From: Spirochaetota bacterium
GTDB lineage: Bacteria; Spirochaetota; UBA4802; UBA5550
Length of the DNA: 64,000 nucleotides
Direction of reading: 5' to 3'
NCBI GenBank assembly: GCA_963664815.2
Contig: CAXXHB010000003.1
Location: 2,816,001 to 2,880,000 of the forward strand
Below are positions 52,981 to 62,034 of the stretch, in pieces (the first letter of the stretch is position 1; the number at the start of each line of letters is the position of its first letter). A program made the position numbers and the translations under genes. The notes beneath the pieces are model-generated. The model searched no databases, had not been told where the DNA came from, and was given only the letters and a program-made list of their open reading frames with translations.

Positions 52981-53334
52981 ATGAAATTTCAATTCTTGCT
53001 TTACATACTTGGCCGGAAGCTGAAGGGAAGAGCGAAAAAAGATCCCGACTTTAAAAAAAAGATTTCTGAAAAAAACTGCACTGTCCAGATTAAAACCGCA
53101 GACAACTCAAGTGGAAGGTACTACACCTTCAACGAAGGCGAAATTGTTTCAAAAAAAGGTATCTCAGATAATCCGACAGTTTCACTTGTCTGGAAAGACG
53201 CAGCAACAGGTTTTACCGTTCTCTCTTCAGGTGATGCAGCAAAAAATATGGAAGCCATTCAGAATGGTTCTCTGAAATTTGAGGGAGAAGGTGCAACTGC
53301 TCTCTGGTTTGCAGGTATAGCAAAACAGGCATAA
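52981..53334 (+). CDS. SCP2 sterol-binding-like domain protein
   Basis: GRYYTF..G, .AIQNGSLKFEG pattern. Confidence 0.7.
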   Translation: MKFQFLLYILGRKLKGRAKKDPDFKKKISEKNCTVQIKTADNSSGRYYTFNEGEIVSKKGISDNPTVSLVWKDAATGFTVLSSGDAAKNMEAIQNGSLKFEGEGATALWFAGIAKQA

Positions 53335-53373
53335 CATTACATAATCCTTAACTGTTTCAATTAATTATAACTT

Positions 53374-53403
53374 CAAGCTGCCTTTAAAAAGGGCAGCTTG
53401 TTT
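53374..53403. terminator. Terminator hairpin between convergent genes
   Basis: CAAGCTGCC-...-GGCAGCTTG inverted repeat. Confidence 0.75.
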
Positions 53404-54007
53404 ATGTTATAATATAACCTACTCCTGTTATTATTAAAAGAACTGCCAGAAGTAAAATCACAATACCAAGGATTATTCCCGGAAGGATGAATATTATAAA
53501 TGTCTTTCCAAAATCAATGGAATGCATTTCAGAAATTCCCTGTATAAAAATCATTACAAACCAGACAAAAAAAGCTATCGAGAATAATACATAGAAAAAA
53601 CCGGGAGCAAAATCTATCATTGCAAACAGGTAAAAAGCAGGCAGAAAGAAGACCTTTGGAAACATCGAAAAATTTACTACTGTAAGCATCTCCCTGATAT
53701 TTCCCCTGTACCCGAAAAATTGTGCGGTAATATCGACAAGTGATGTGTACATTACAGTCTTGAATAAAGTATAGATAAACACCATTATCCAGCCATAACT
53801 CATTTTATAATAGAAAAAACCAGTTTCCTTTCCAACAAGTGAAATTACAAGTATGTCAAAAAGAGCTACAACAGCAGGAATAAAAAAGCTGAGAACAAAC
53901 GGATCTGGATCTTTCTGTTTTATTCTCCGGTATAATTCTCTCGGATCTGTTATGGAATATAGAAAAAAATCGGTCCATCTCAACGACTTGATAGTTTCAA
54001 GCATCAT
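53402..54007 (-). CDS. Yip1 family membrane protein
   Basis: TDPRELY N-terminus, ~5 TM helices; overlaps sppA stop. Confidence 0.75.
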   Translation of the reverse strand: MMLETIKSLRWTDFFLYSITDPRELYRRIKQKDPDPFVLSFFIPAVVALFDILVISLVGKETGFFYYKMSYGWIMVFIYTLFKTVMYTSLVDITAQFFGYRGNIREMLTVVNFSMFPKVFFLPAFYLFAMIDFAPGFFYVLFSIAFFVWFVMIFIQGISEMHSIDFGKTFIIFILPGIILGIVILLLAVLLIITGVGYIIT

Positions 54008-54951
54008 TGTATATACCTGTATTCAATTCTGTGAGGATTATAAAAAAGCTCACTCCCCGGTATTCCATTTCCTGTAAAGATGTTTTTTATTGATCCGAAA
54101 ATTTCCCTGAATGGTGAATCAGTCTGATCATAGACAGGGGCATTGACATCAAGAGCAGCAAGTTCTTTGGCTTTAAGAATGGCATCTTCAAATGTTCCAA
54201 GCTGATCTATCAATTTATTTTTAAGAGCCGTTTCTCCACTCATTACACGACCATCAGCAACGGGTCTTATATCATCCTGGTTCATATTTCTTCCCAACGC
54301 TACATCTTTAAGAAATTTATTATATGACATATCAATCATTTCCTGAATGAGGTTTCTCTCTTCCGGTGTTATATCGCGGTGAGTTGAAAGTATATCTTTA
54401 TATTTACCACTTTTAATTACATTCATCTGTATTCCAAACTTATCAAACAGCCTTTTAAGATTGGGAGAATAGGCGATCACTCCGATTGACCCGGTAATTG
54501 TCCCATAATTTGCAACTATATAATTGCATGCAGAGGCTATATAATACCCCCCTGAAGCTGCAACATCACCCATCGAAGCTACAAGAATTATATTCTTCTT
54601 GCGTAATTTCCACAGCTTTTCATAAATCTCCTGAGTTGCAGCCACAGTTCCCCCGGGTGAATTAATCCGTAAAATTATCGCTTTAATGTTGTTGTCCTTT
54701 TCAAGCTCTCCCAGCCTCGCAATAATCGCTTCTGCCCCCTGTTGTATGCCAAAAGGCCCCGCCGGGCCTGACATCTCTATAGCACCATCTACCCTGATTA
54801 CACCTACGCCAGGGCCAAATTCCGGCAATTTTATACTCATCTCGGATTTAGATTTTTTTTCAATCTTCAAACCTATATCCACAATAGCAATAATGGCAAT
54901 AAGCGCCAGCAAAGCCATTATTGCCACTATTATTTTCCTCTGTCTATCCAT
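54004..54951 (-). CDS. sppA: Signal peptide peptidase SppA (S49), start at 54951
   Basis: LRINSPGG, SMGDVAASGGYYIA, TGSIGV, KSGKYKD; GGAGG RBS. Confidence 0.94.
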   Translation of the reverse strand: MDRQRKIIVAIMALLALIAIIAIVDIGLKIEKKSKSEMSIKLPEFGPGVGVIRVDGAIEMSGPAGPFGIQQGAEAIIARLGELEKDNNIKAIILRINSPGGTVAATQEIYEKLWKLRKKNIILVASMGDVAASGGYYIASACNYIVANYGTITGSIGVIAYSPNLKRLFDKFGIQMNVIKSGKYKDILSTHRDITPEERNLIQEMIDMSYNKFLKDVALGRNMNQDDIRPVADGRVMSGETALKNKLIDQLGTFEDAILKAKELAALDVNAPVYDQTDSPFREIFGSIKNIFTGNGIPGSELFYNPHRIEYRYIQ

Positions 54952-55126
54952 ACTACGACCTCCATGCAGCTCCACTACAAGAAACTCCCTTTCATTATAC
55001 ACTGTGCTTACTTAAAAAGGTATGTTTTACATCACAATTTTAATATTATACCGAACAAATGATTATCATCTCAAACTCTCAACAATTTTTTAATTAAGAG
55101 ATCTATTACTCACTGAGATAACAATC

Positions 55127-55521
55127 TTCAGCAGAGGGAAACATAAGCCGGATTCTGTTTAAGCAGCTATTTATCTTGTGTGTATGTCACCATACACATC
55201 TTTGCAGCCTACCCTCAGCCTGGAGCGGGCCGCTCTCATACGGCTGACTACTTGGCTTTGCATCGGATGGGGTTTGCACTGCCATTCTCCTTACGGACAA
55301 CGCGGTGAGCTCTTACCTCGCCATTTCACCCTTACCTCTCTTCCCCTTTACTCTCTCAGTTTCCGGAGAGAGTAAAGGGGAAGAGAGGTGGTATATTTTC
55401 TGCTGCACTTTCCATCGCCTCACGACGCCCGGGTATTACCCGGCATCCCGCCCTTTGATGTCCGGACTTTCCTCACTCCCCTTAAAAGGGTACGCGCAGC
55501 TGCACGTTTCCCTCTGCTGAA
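55127..55521 (-). ncRNA. rnpB: RNase P RNA (class A)
   Basis: Minus strand GAGGAAAGTCCGG, AGTGCA.CAGAAA, GGGTGAAA..GCGAGGTAAGAGC, AAACCCC, AACAGAATCCGGCTTA; 16-bp P1. Confidence 0.97.
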
Positions 55522-55629
55522 CACTGTTATCAACGGTGTCAGAGATCTGTAATCATTTCAAAACATATACATCAGTATAAAACATCAAATCACCACACCA
55601 TTAAAAAGCCAGGTGTTCAATTTAATTTC

Positions 55630-55803
55630 TTATTATAGCAGTTAACTAAATAATCAGGCCTTGTCATTTCGAATGTATTTTAGTGCTTCTGCAGACTCAT
55701 TGACCATCTATAACGGTCAGTGAGCCTGCAGAACTGCTAAATCACCATCACTTCTTCGAAATGACAGACTATGTTATATTTCAATCGTGAAATGCTATAA
55801 TAA
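55630..55803. mobile_element. Putative MITE with TATAGCA ends and nested REP-like palindromes
   Basis: Perfect 11-bp outer IR TTATTATAGCA/TGCTATAATAA; inner IRs TGTCATTTCGAA/TTCGAAATGACA and TTCTGCAGACTCATTGACC/GGTCAGTGAGCCTGCAGAA. Confidence 0.65.
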
Positions 55804-56189
55804 AACAAAGAAAGAATATTACGAAAATGAATATTTTAAAGATAATTATACATATATTATTAGTCAATAGTAAAATCATCATTATATGTATTCTTTTTGA
55901 AAGACAGTTGATTTGAATCAAACATCTTCCGTCTCCTGAAGATTTTCATCTTCCAACCACTTTCAATGATGATATGAAAATCCTGCCGAATAAGACTCTC
56001 TGCAATAAATATATTCAGGGCATTCAATTATCCGCAATGAAAAAAAACTTGACAGTTAAGGTTTTTTTTGTGTAATTAAAAGTCAGTGTTCAATTTCACA
56101 AATTTACTCTACTCTCGGTAGCGCATGTTAATTATGCGCAAAATATTAAGTAAAAAACTGTAAAATTTAAATCTTCGAAGGAGAATTTA

Positions 56190-56351
56190 ATGAAGCGTTG
56201 TTCTACAAAACTAAGTATAATGTTAATTTTAATTCTAATTGCCTCCTTTTCTTTTACAGGTTGCAAATCTTTTAAACCCTGTAAAAAAGAATCGATACCT
56301 GTTGAATCATCAAAAATCATCGATCATAATGGGGGTCATCATGAAGCATAA
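56190..56351 (+). CDS. Putative 53-aa lipoprotein (not in ORF track)
   Basis: GAAGGAG RBS; MKRCSTKLSIMLILILIASFSFTG-C lipobox; stop overlaps next ATG. Confidence 0.7.
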   Translation: MKRCSTKLSIMLILILIASFSFTGCKSFKPCKKESIPVESSKIIDHNGGHHEA

Positions 56352-57105
56352 ATTACATTTTCTTTCAATACTAACTTTTATATTTGTGTTTTCCTCATGT
56401 ATCAACACAGTACCAGTTCGTATAATCGATTACAGATCCGAGCTGGGTGGTGAGAACCAGATTAAAATTATTACTAAAAAACCGGTCACTTACGATGGGA
56501 AAACCATTAAAGGTGTATCTACCAGGTCCAACGTCTTTACAACTGCACTTATGTATACAAATGAAGAAGGTAAAAGAATTACAAAATATGCTAATGTAAA
56601 TAATATTGAAGTTGGCCATATTGAGATGATTCAGTTAAAAAAAGATTACATTGATCTCAAGGTAAACCGTTACTTTTATAAAGACCAGGCATTACGGTCA
56701 TGTTGTTTACTTGGCATGGTTCCACCATATATAATATCTGATACTATATACATGACTGTTCCTAAAAGTACATACAGCGGTACCGGATTCTTTGGTGATG
56801 ATTTTATAAACGGCAAACCGATAGAAGTCATAATTTCAGTTCAAAACCTCGGCGATATGCAGATGAAAGATGAATTTGTTGTTGTTGATGTTCTACCCGA
56901 TTATCTTGAATTTGAAAGTGCCAGCTTTTCAGGAGATGTTCTGGACGTAACATATGATCTCCATGTAAAAGGTAAAAGTCAGATTCTTGCCTTTAAAATC
57001 AAACCTAAAGAAAAAGGGATCAGCAGACTTGGAGCTGTAGATATTAAAGTTATGGTAAAACCTGTTATGAGTAAATTTACTACCCCTGAATATAAATGGG
57101 AATAA
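56341..57105 (+). CDS. Lipoprotein with C-terminal DUF11-like Ig domain (start 56341)
   Basis: MKHKLHFLSILTFIFVFSS-C lipobox; I.V.N.G....V.D.LP..L.F motif. Confidence 0.78.
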   Translation: MKHKLHFLSILTFIFVFSSCINTVPVRIIDYRSELGGENQIKIITKKPVTYDGKTIKGVSTRSNVFTTALMYTNEEGKRITKYANVNNIEVGHIEMIQLKKDYIDLKVNRYFYKDQALRSCCLLGMVPPYIISDTIYMTVPKSTYSGTGFFGDDFINGKPIEVIISVQNLGDMQMKDEFVVVDVLPDYLEFESASFSGDVLDVTYDLHVKGKSQILAFKIKPKEKGISRLGAVDIKVMVKPVMSKFTTPEYKWE

Positions 57106-57449
57106 GCTGATATAATTCACATATAATAGTGCCAACTCAGCCGGGAGAGTGATCACTATTATTTTTATCATTCTATTTTTTTATTCATCTGAATCAGATT
57201 TTACATTTTTATCATACTCACTCAATATTATAATCTGATGTTTATAAATTCTGAAGACACAGAGTTCTTTATATCTATTGTTATCCTTATAATAATAGAT
57301 ATAAAATATTTTTAAAAACATAACCTTCTGGAATAATACGGATTTTTTCGAATGTTTTCATTATTTACTTTATATAACGAAAGCAGTGGTAAACATGAAA
57401 TATATAAAAACAAATTTGCTTTATAAAATTAAAGCTGGAGAAGCATATT

Positions 57450-58595
57450 ATGCGAAAATTCTACAAGTTAATTCTGGGTGCTATTGTATTAACAGTGACT
57501 TTATCTGTAAGTCTTTCTTCCGAATCAGAAAAATCGATTGGAAAAATTGCTTCAGTTAATAAAAACTCAAAAGAAATAATTATTAACATTTCCGACAAAA
57601 ACAAACCCGTAAATATTGGCGACAGACTCTATGTGAGAATAAAAGGGAAGGTTATTATAATGAAATCAACATTTCCCATGATGACGACATCAAAATGTTC
57701 AATAGAATCAGGTTCTGCCAAACTTACAGATTTAATAACACCGGGACTTGATGTTTACAGATATTACAAAGGAGTAAAGGATGAAGAAGAAACGAATGTC
57801 TCCACCACTCCAAAACCTGGTACTATTGAAAAATTCGGAGATATAGATATGATTTCTATTCCGGGAGGAGTTTTTATAATGGGATCCGGTAATAACGAGG
57901 AGGGACGAAATACTGCAAAAGAATTTCCACATAAAGTTGAAGTATCCAGCTTCTGGATGTCCAAATATGAAATAACGCAGGGGGTTTATAAAGAAATAAC
58001 CGGGAATAATCCAAGCCATTTTTCAAGCTTATTTGGAGGAAATAAAAAACCCGTAGAGATGGTCAGCTGGAGGGATGCTGTACTATTCTGCAATAAGCTG
58101 AGCATCAGACACGGATTAAAACAATGTTACACCTTCACTGAAGGTATTGCTTCATGTGATTTCAGCGCAAATGGCTTTCGTCTCCCCACTGAAGCTGAAT
58201 GGGAATATGCCTGTAGAGGTGGGGGTTCATCAACATTCCATTATGGTGATGATATCGACACATCCATGGCCAATTTTAACGGAACCATTCCTTACAAATC
58301 AGCGGATGGTTTTTTCCGTAATGAAACAACGGAAGCAGGTATTTTCCCGGCGAACAACTTTGGGCTTTATGATATGCATGGGAATGTATGGGAATGGTGC
58401 TGGGATTCGTATAGTGAAAACTATTACAGGAATTCCCCGGCAAAAAATCCCCTGGGGCCCGAGACAGGACCAAGGCGCGTAAAAAGAGGCGGGTGCTGGA
58501 TTAGCCCTGGCAAAGAACTCCGTTCAGCAAATCGTGAACCATGGAGTGAAATAGGAACTAATACCACAGGCATAAGGATTTGTCGTTCCATGTAA
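57450..58595 (+). CDS. Exported protein with FGE-sulfatase (SUMF1/C-lectin fold) domain
   Basis: Signal peptide; GG.F.MGS, KYEITQ, PVE.VSW.DA..FC, RLPTEAEWEYACR, GLYDMHGNVWEWC, RGGCW. Confidence 0.92.
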   Translation: MRKFYKLILGAIVLTVTLSVSLSSESEKSIGKIASVNKNSKEIIINISDKNKPVNIGDRLYVRIKGKVIIMKSTFPMMTTSKCSIESGSAKLTDLITPGLDVYRYYKGVKDEEETNVSTTPKPGTIEKFGDIDMISIPGGVFIMGSGNNEEGRNTAKEFPHKVEVSSFWMSKYEITQGVYKEITGNNPSHFSSLFGGNKKPVEMVSWRDAVLFCNKLSIRHGLKQCYTFTEGIASCDFSANGFRLPTEAEWEYACRGGGSSTFHYGDDIDTSMANFNGTIPYKSADGFFRNETTEAGIFPANNFGLYDMHGNVWEWCWDSYSENYYRNSPAKNPLGPETGPRRVKRGGCWISPGKELRSANREPWSEIGTNTTGIRICRSM

Positions 58596-58629
58596 AATAT
58601 ATATTATTTTTAAATTATTACTAAATAAA

Positions 58630-58667
58630 TTAATCATACCGAAAGCAACCGCTCACGGTATGATTAA
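58630..58667. terminator. Hairpin between convergent genes
   Basis: TTAATCATACCG / CGGTATGATTAA 12-bp inverted repeat. Confidence 0.7.
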
Positions 58668-58680
58668 GTATGATCCATTA

Positions 58681-59247
58681 TCACCTGCTACAGACGCTTA
58701 AAAAATTTTCAAGAAGCACAATACCATATTCAGTCATATATGATTCAGGATGAAATTGTATTCCATATACCGGCAGAGTTTTATGACTTATCCCCTGAAT
58801 TACCCCGTCCGATGAATATGCTTCAATTTCAAGCGTGTCAGGAAATGTTTCCTTTTCAGCACAGAGAGAATGGTATCTCACCGCCTTAAACCTTTGCGGG
58901 ATATCCTTAAAGAGGTTTTCTCCGGTATGACTTATTACATCCTGTTTTCCATGCACAATTTCAGGCGCCCTTACTATCCTCCCTCCATATTCCTGTACAA
59001 TCGCCTGCATACCAAGGCAAATACCAAGCAACGGGAGACCGGGATTTTTTCTTATTATGTCAAGAGATATACCTGCTTTATCAGGATTTGACGGACCGGG
59101 AGATATTACTATTGCACTGTACTTTGTAAAATCTATCGCTTTTATATCATGATCATTCCTGAAGACCTCAACATCAATTCCCATAGTTTCAAAGCTGTGA
59201 ACAATATTATATGAAAACGAATCGTAATTATCAATTAATAAGATCAT
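58681..59247 (-). CDS. trpG: Anthranilate synthase component II (glutamine amidotransferase); start 59247
   Basis: LLIDNYDSF, ISPGPSNP, GICLG.Q, RYHSL, QFHPES. Confidence 0.9.
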   Translation of the reverse strand: MILLIDNYDSFSYNIVHSFETMGIDVEVFRNDHDIKAIDFTKYSAIVISPGPSNPDKAGISLDIIRKNPGLPLLGICLGMQAIVQEYGGRIVRAPEIVHGKQDVISHTGENLFKDIPQRFKAVRYHSLCAEKETFPDTLEIEAYSSDGVIQGISHKTLPVYGIQFHPESYMTEYGIVLLENFLSVCSR

Positions 59248-59274
59248 AGACTTCTCCATTAAAATAAAATTCAT

Positions 59275-60735
59275 TTATACCGCATATCCCATACTCACTG
59301 TGAGCGCCTTTAGCTTATTGTCTATCTCCATTCTCTCCTTTTCCGGGATACTGTCATAGACTATCCCTGCACCTGCCTGGATATGTATACCCTCTTCCTC
59401 AAAAAATGCGCTCCTTATTGTGATACATGTATCGCTTGTCCTGTTAAATCCGAAATATCCCACTGCCCCGGCATAAGCACCTCTCGGCATTGTTTCAACA
59501 TCATCTATTATTTCAACCGCCCTGACTTTCGGCGCGCCTGTAACAGTACCAGCCGGAAAACTGAACCTGAAGGCATCCACCATGGATGAACCCTTTTTCA
59601 TCATACCGGTCACATCTGAAACAATATGCATCACATGTGAGTAATCCTCGACCTTCATAAATCTTGGAACCGAGACACTCCCCTTCTCAGCAATTCTGCT
59701 GAGGTCATTCCGGGCAAGATCAACAAGCATCAGGTGTTCTGCCCTCTCCTTTCGGTCAAGCAGGAGTTCCTTCCTTACTGTTTTTTTCTCCCGCGCAGAT
59801 ATTGGGACAGGAGCAGTACCCGCTATAGGTTTAAGATGCATTATGTTTTTTCTTATTTTGAGATGCGTTTCAGGTGAACATCCTGTAATATACCTTTTCC
59901 CGAATTTCAGCATATACATGTACGGAGAAGGATTGACACTTCGTATTTTAAGGTAAAAGTTATACGGATCAACCCGTTCTTTTACGACCATTCGTCTGCT
60001 TAACACTGCCTGTATAATTTCACCGCACGATATCATCTCCTTTATGTCATTTACTTTTCTGATAAACAGGCAGTCGCTATCTATATACTCCATCATCACA
60101 TCAGCGGGATGGAGAGTGAGATAATTTATTTTTTCACTTTTAATCAGATTTAAAATGTATGCTTCAAGTTCTGCCAGTCTCTCGTTAGTCTTCCTGACAA
60201 GAAAGTCTATTTCACCTTCTGAAGTATACATTGATGCTGATACATAATACTTTTCAGTGTAGTTATCATAAACAATAAACTCGTCAATAAGAAGTAGTTC
60301 TGCATTAGGATGATAATTGTCGTTCCTTATTTCTTTTCGAAGTATCCCCGTTTTATTTATAGCTTCATAACCCACATATCCGGTATAACCTCCATTAAAA
60401 TCTCCATACAGATCTGTATCCGGTGAATGATATTTTTCCAGTTCGCCATCGAGAAATTCAAAAACAGTTTTTTGAACCCTCTCTTTAATACCTTTTCTAC
60501 TCACAATTACATGATCACTGTATGCAGTAACTACAGCGGATGGATTAAAACAGAGATATGAGAATCTCCCCTTATTCTTTGTCTTGCCTGCACTTTCAAG
60601 AAATATAAAATGTTCATTTTCTCTCATCGCTTTAAGTAAAGAAATAAAATCAAGTGAACTGATATTAAGTTCTCTGAATAAAGGTATCCGGTTATAATTA
60701 AGCGCCAGTGTTTCCACTTTTAACTTGTAATTCAT
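59275..60735 (-). CDS. trpE: Anthranilate synthase component I
   Basis: FLES, NPSPYMY, SPE, PIAGT, EHLMLVDLARND, FPAGTVTGAPK, QAGAGIV; Trp leader upstream favours trpE over pabB. Confidence 0.9.
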   Translation of the reverse strand: MNYKLKVETLALNYNRIPLFRELNISSLDFISLLKAMRENEHFIFLESAGKTKNKGRFSYLCFNPSAVVTAYSDHVIVSRKGIKERVQKTVFEFLDGELEKYHSPDTDLYGDFNGGYTGYVGYEAINKTGILRKEIRNDNYHPNAELLLIDEFIVYDNYTEKYYVSASMYTSEGEIDFLVRKTNERLAELEAYILNLIKSEKINYLTLHPADVMMEYIDSDCLFIRKVNDIKEMISCGEIIQAVLSRRMVVKERVDPYNFYLKIRSVNPSPYMYMLKFGKRYITGCSPETHLKIRKNIMHLKPIAGTAPVPISAREKKTVRKELLLDRKERAEHLMLVDLARNDLSRIAEKGSVSVPRFMKVEDYSHVMHIVSDVTGMMKKGSSMVDAFRFSFPAGTVTGAPKVRAVEIIDDVETMPRGAYAGAVGYFGFNRTSDTCITIRSAFFEEEGIHIQAGAGIVYDSIPEKERMEIDNKLKALTVSMGYAV

Positions 60736-60753
60736 AAAGATTCTCCTTAAAAT

Positions 60754-60782
60754 AAAAAAGCTGCGGTTTGCTTCCGCAGCTT
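60754..60782 (-). terminator. Attenuator terminator upstream of trpE
   Basis: Minus strand AAGCTGCGG-AAGCAAA-CCGCAGCTT followed by U-run. Confidence 0.85.
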
Positions 60783-60846
60783 GAATTTAACAAATTTGCC
60801 TGAAAGCTGAACTCCCTCTCTCAGGCCTGACAGTCTGATATAAGGG

Positions 60847-60897
60847 TTATATATAAATAATACGCCATATACAAATTAATATTATCTGCTTTTTCAT
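60847..60897 (-). CDS. Putative trp leader peptide MKKQIILICIWRIIYI
   Basis: GGAG RBS, 16 codons with a Trp-Arg pair, upstream of alternative hairpins and terminator before trpE. Confidence 0.7.
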   Translation of the reverse strand: MKKQIILICIWRIIYI

Positions 60898-60921
60898 ATC
60901 TTCACTCCATCAATACAATTT

Positions 60922-60962
60922 CATCATGTTTCTATATATAGAAACATGATGCTTATTGTCAA
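60922..60962 (-). promoter_or_regulatory. Sigma70-like trp promoter overlapped by a perfect 30-bp palindrome (operator candidate)
   Basis: Minus-strand TTGACA at 60962-60957; CATCATGTTTCTATATATAGAAACATGATG at 60922-60951 covers the -10 region. Confidence 0.65.
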
Positions 60963-61126
60963 TAATTTTTTTTACTTATTAAAAAATCTTCATTTATTTC
61001 TTAACATATTTAGGGGGAAAAAATGCAGAATTATACCTGCCAATGGCAGATGTTTAAATATTTATAGTTATACTAAAACTGAAAATTTCTAACCTGATAA
61101 ATTATATATTAAACATACTTATGCTG

Positions 61127-61183
61127 TTGACAATACTCATCATTCTTATTAAATTTAGAATGTAGTTTAATTACTACATTCTA
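61127..61183 (+). promoter_or_regulatory. Sigma70-like promoter with adjacent 11-6-11 inverted repeat (operator candidate)
   Basis: TTGACA(61127)-17-TAAATT(61150); TAGAATGTAGT-N6-ACTACATTCTA at 61156-61183. Confidence 0.65.
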
Positions 61184-61296
61184 TGCATATAAATATTTAC
61201 AGATTAACTATTGATAATGGGTTTAGATTAATTATAAAATCGAAGGAGTCTTAGAATGACAATACATATATATAATCAACTGAAAGAGGAATTTTT

Positions 61297-61704
61297 ATGG
61301 CATTCATAAACTGGACCGATGATTTAAGCGTCGGAATTACATTATTCGATAATGATCATAAACAACTAATATCTCTGACGAACAGGCTTCATGACAGTAT
61401 AACCGTTGGTTCACAACAGAGTGTTCTGGCTCCGATTCTCAATGAACTTGTTAAATATACAATATTTCACTTCGGCCATGAGGAAGGATTGATGCTTCAA
61501 TATTCATATCCTGATTATGAAAAACACAAAATTGAACACGACGCTCTTGTAAAAAAGGTTCAGGATTTTCACAACCAGGTAATTTCGGGAAAGACATCAA
61601 TATCTTTAAGCCTCATCGGTTTTCTGAAAGAGTGGCTTGTCAATCATATTATGAAAACTGATATGGAATACAAATTATTCTTCAATAAAAAAAGCATCAG
61701 TTAA
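61297..61704 (+). CDS. Bacteriohemerythrin
   Basis: W...LSVG...D.DH, HF.HEE.LM....YP....H..EH, WL.NHI...D. Confidence 0.95.
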   Translation: MAFINWTDDLSVGITLFDNDHKQLISLTNRLHDSITVGSQQSVLAPILNELVKYTIFHFGHEEGLMLQYSYPDYEKHKIEHDALVKKVQDFHNQVISGKTSISLSLIGFLKEWLVNHIMKTDMEYKLFFNKKSIS

Positions 61705-62034
61705 TCGATGAGATATATCTTTCTTATATCTACATATGTTTTATCACTATTGATATTAATTACATTCAGATACAAAAAAATTGCATGTTTAAAAAACTGT
61801 TTTATAGTAATAAACAAATATTTATTTTATTTAATATGGTGCAAAATAACTTGACTGAAATCTGTAAAAAATATACAAAAATTCAACTTCGTAAAAACTC
61901 GGTGATAAATCAACATTATATCCGGTATAAAGATGAAGATATTTTATCTTTCAGTTTAACCATGCGTTTTTTAACAACCAGAATATAATGTATTCACAAC
62001 AACATTCCCTGATTATTTACTTACTGGAGATCAT

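Noticed and set aside
55178-55520. Two + strand ORFs of 65 and 71 aa
   Set aside because: Antisense to RNase P RNA; spurious
56239-56340. ORF-track N-terminal extension of the DUF11 lipoprotein
   Set aside because: The true start is 56341 (signal peptide/lipobox); the extension overlaps the small lipoprotein in another frame
61785-61988. 67-aa + strand ORF before the MCP
   Set aside because: No RBS, AT-rich promoter-like sequence, no motif
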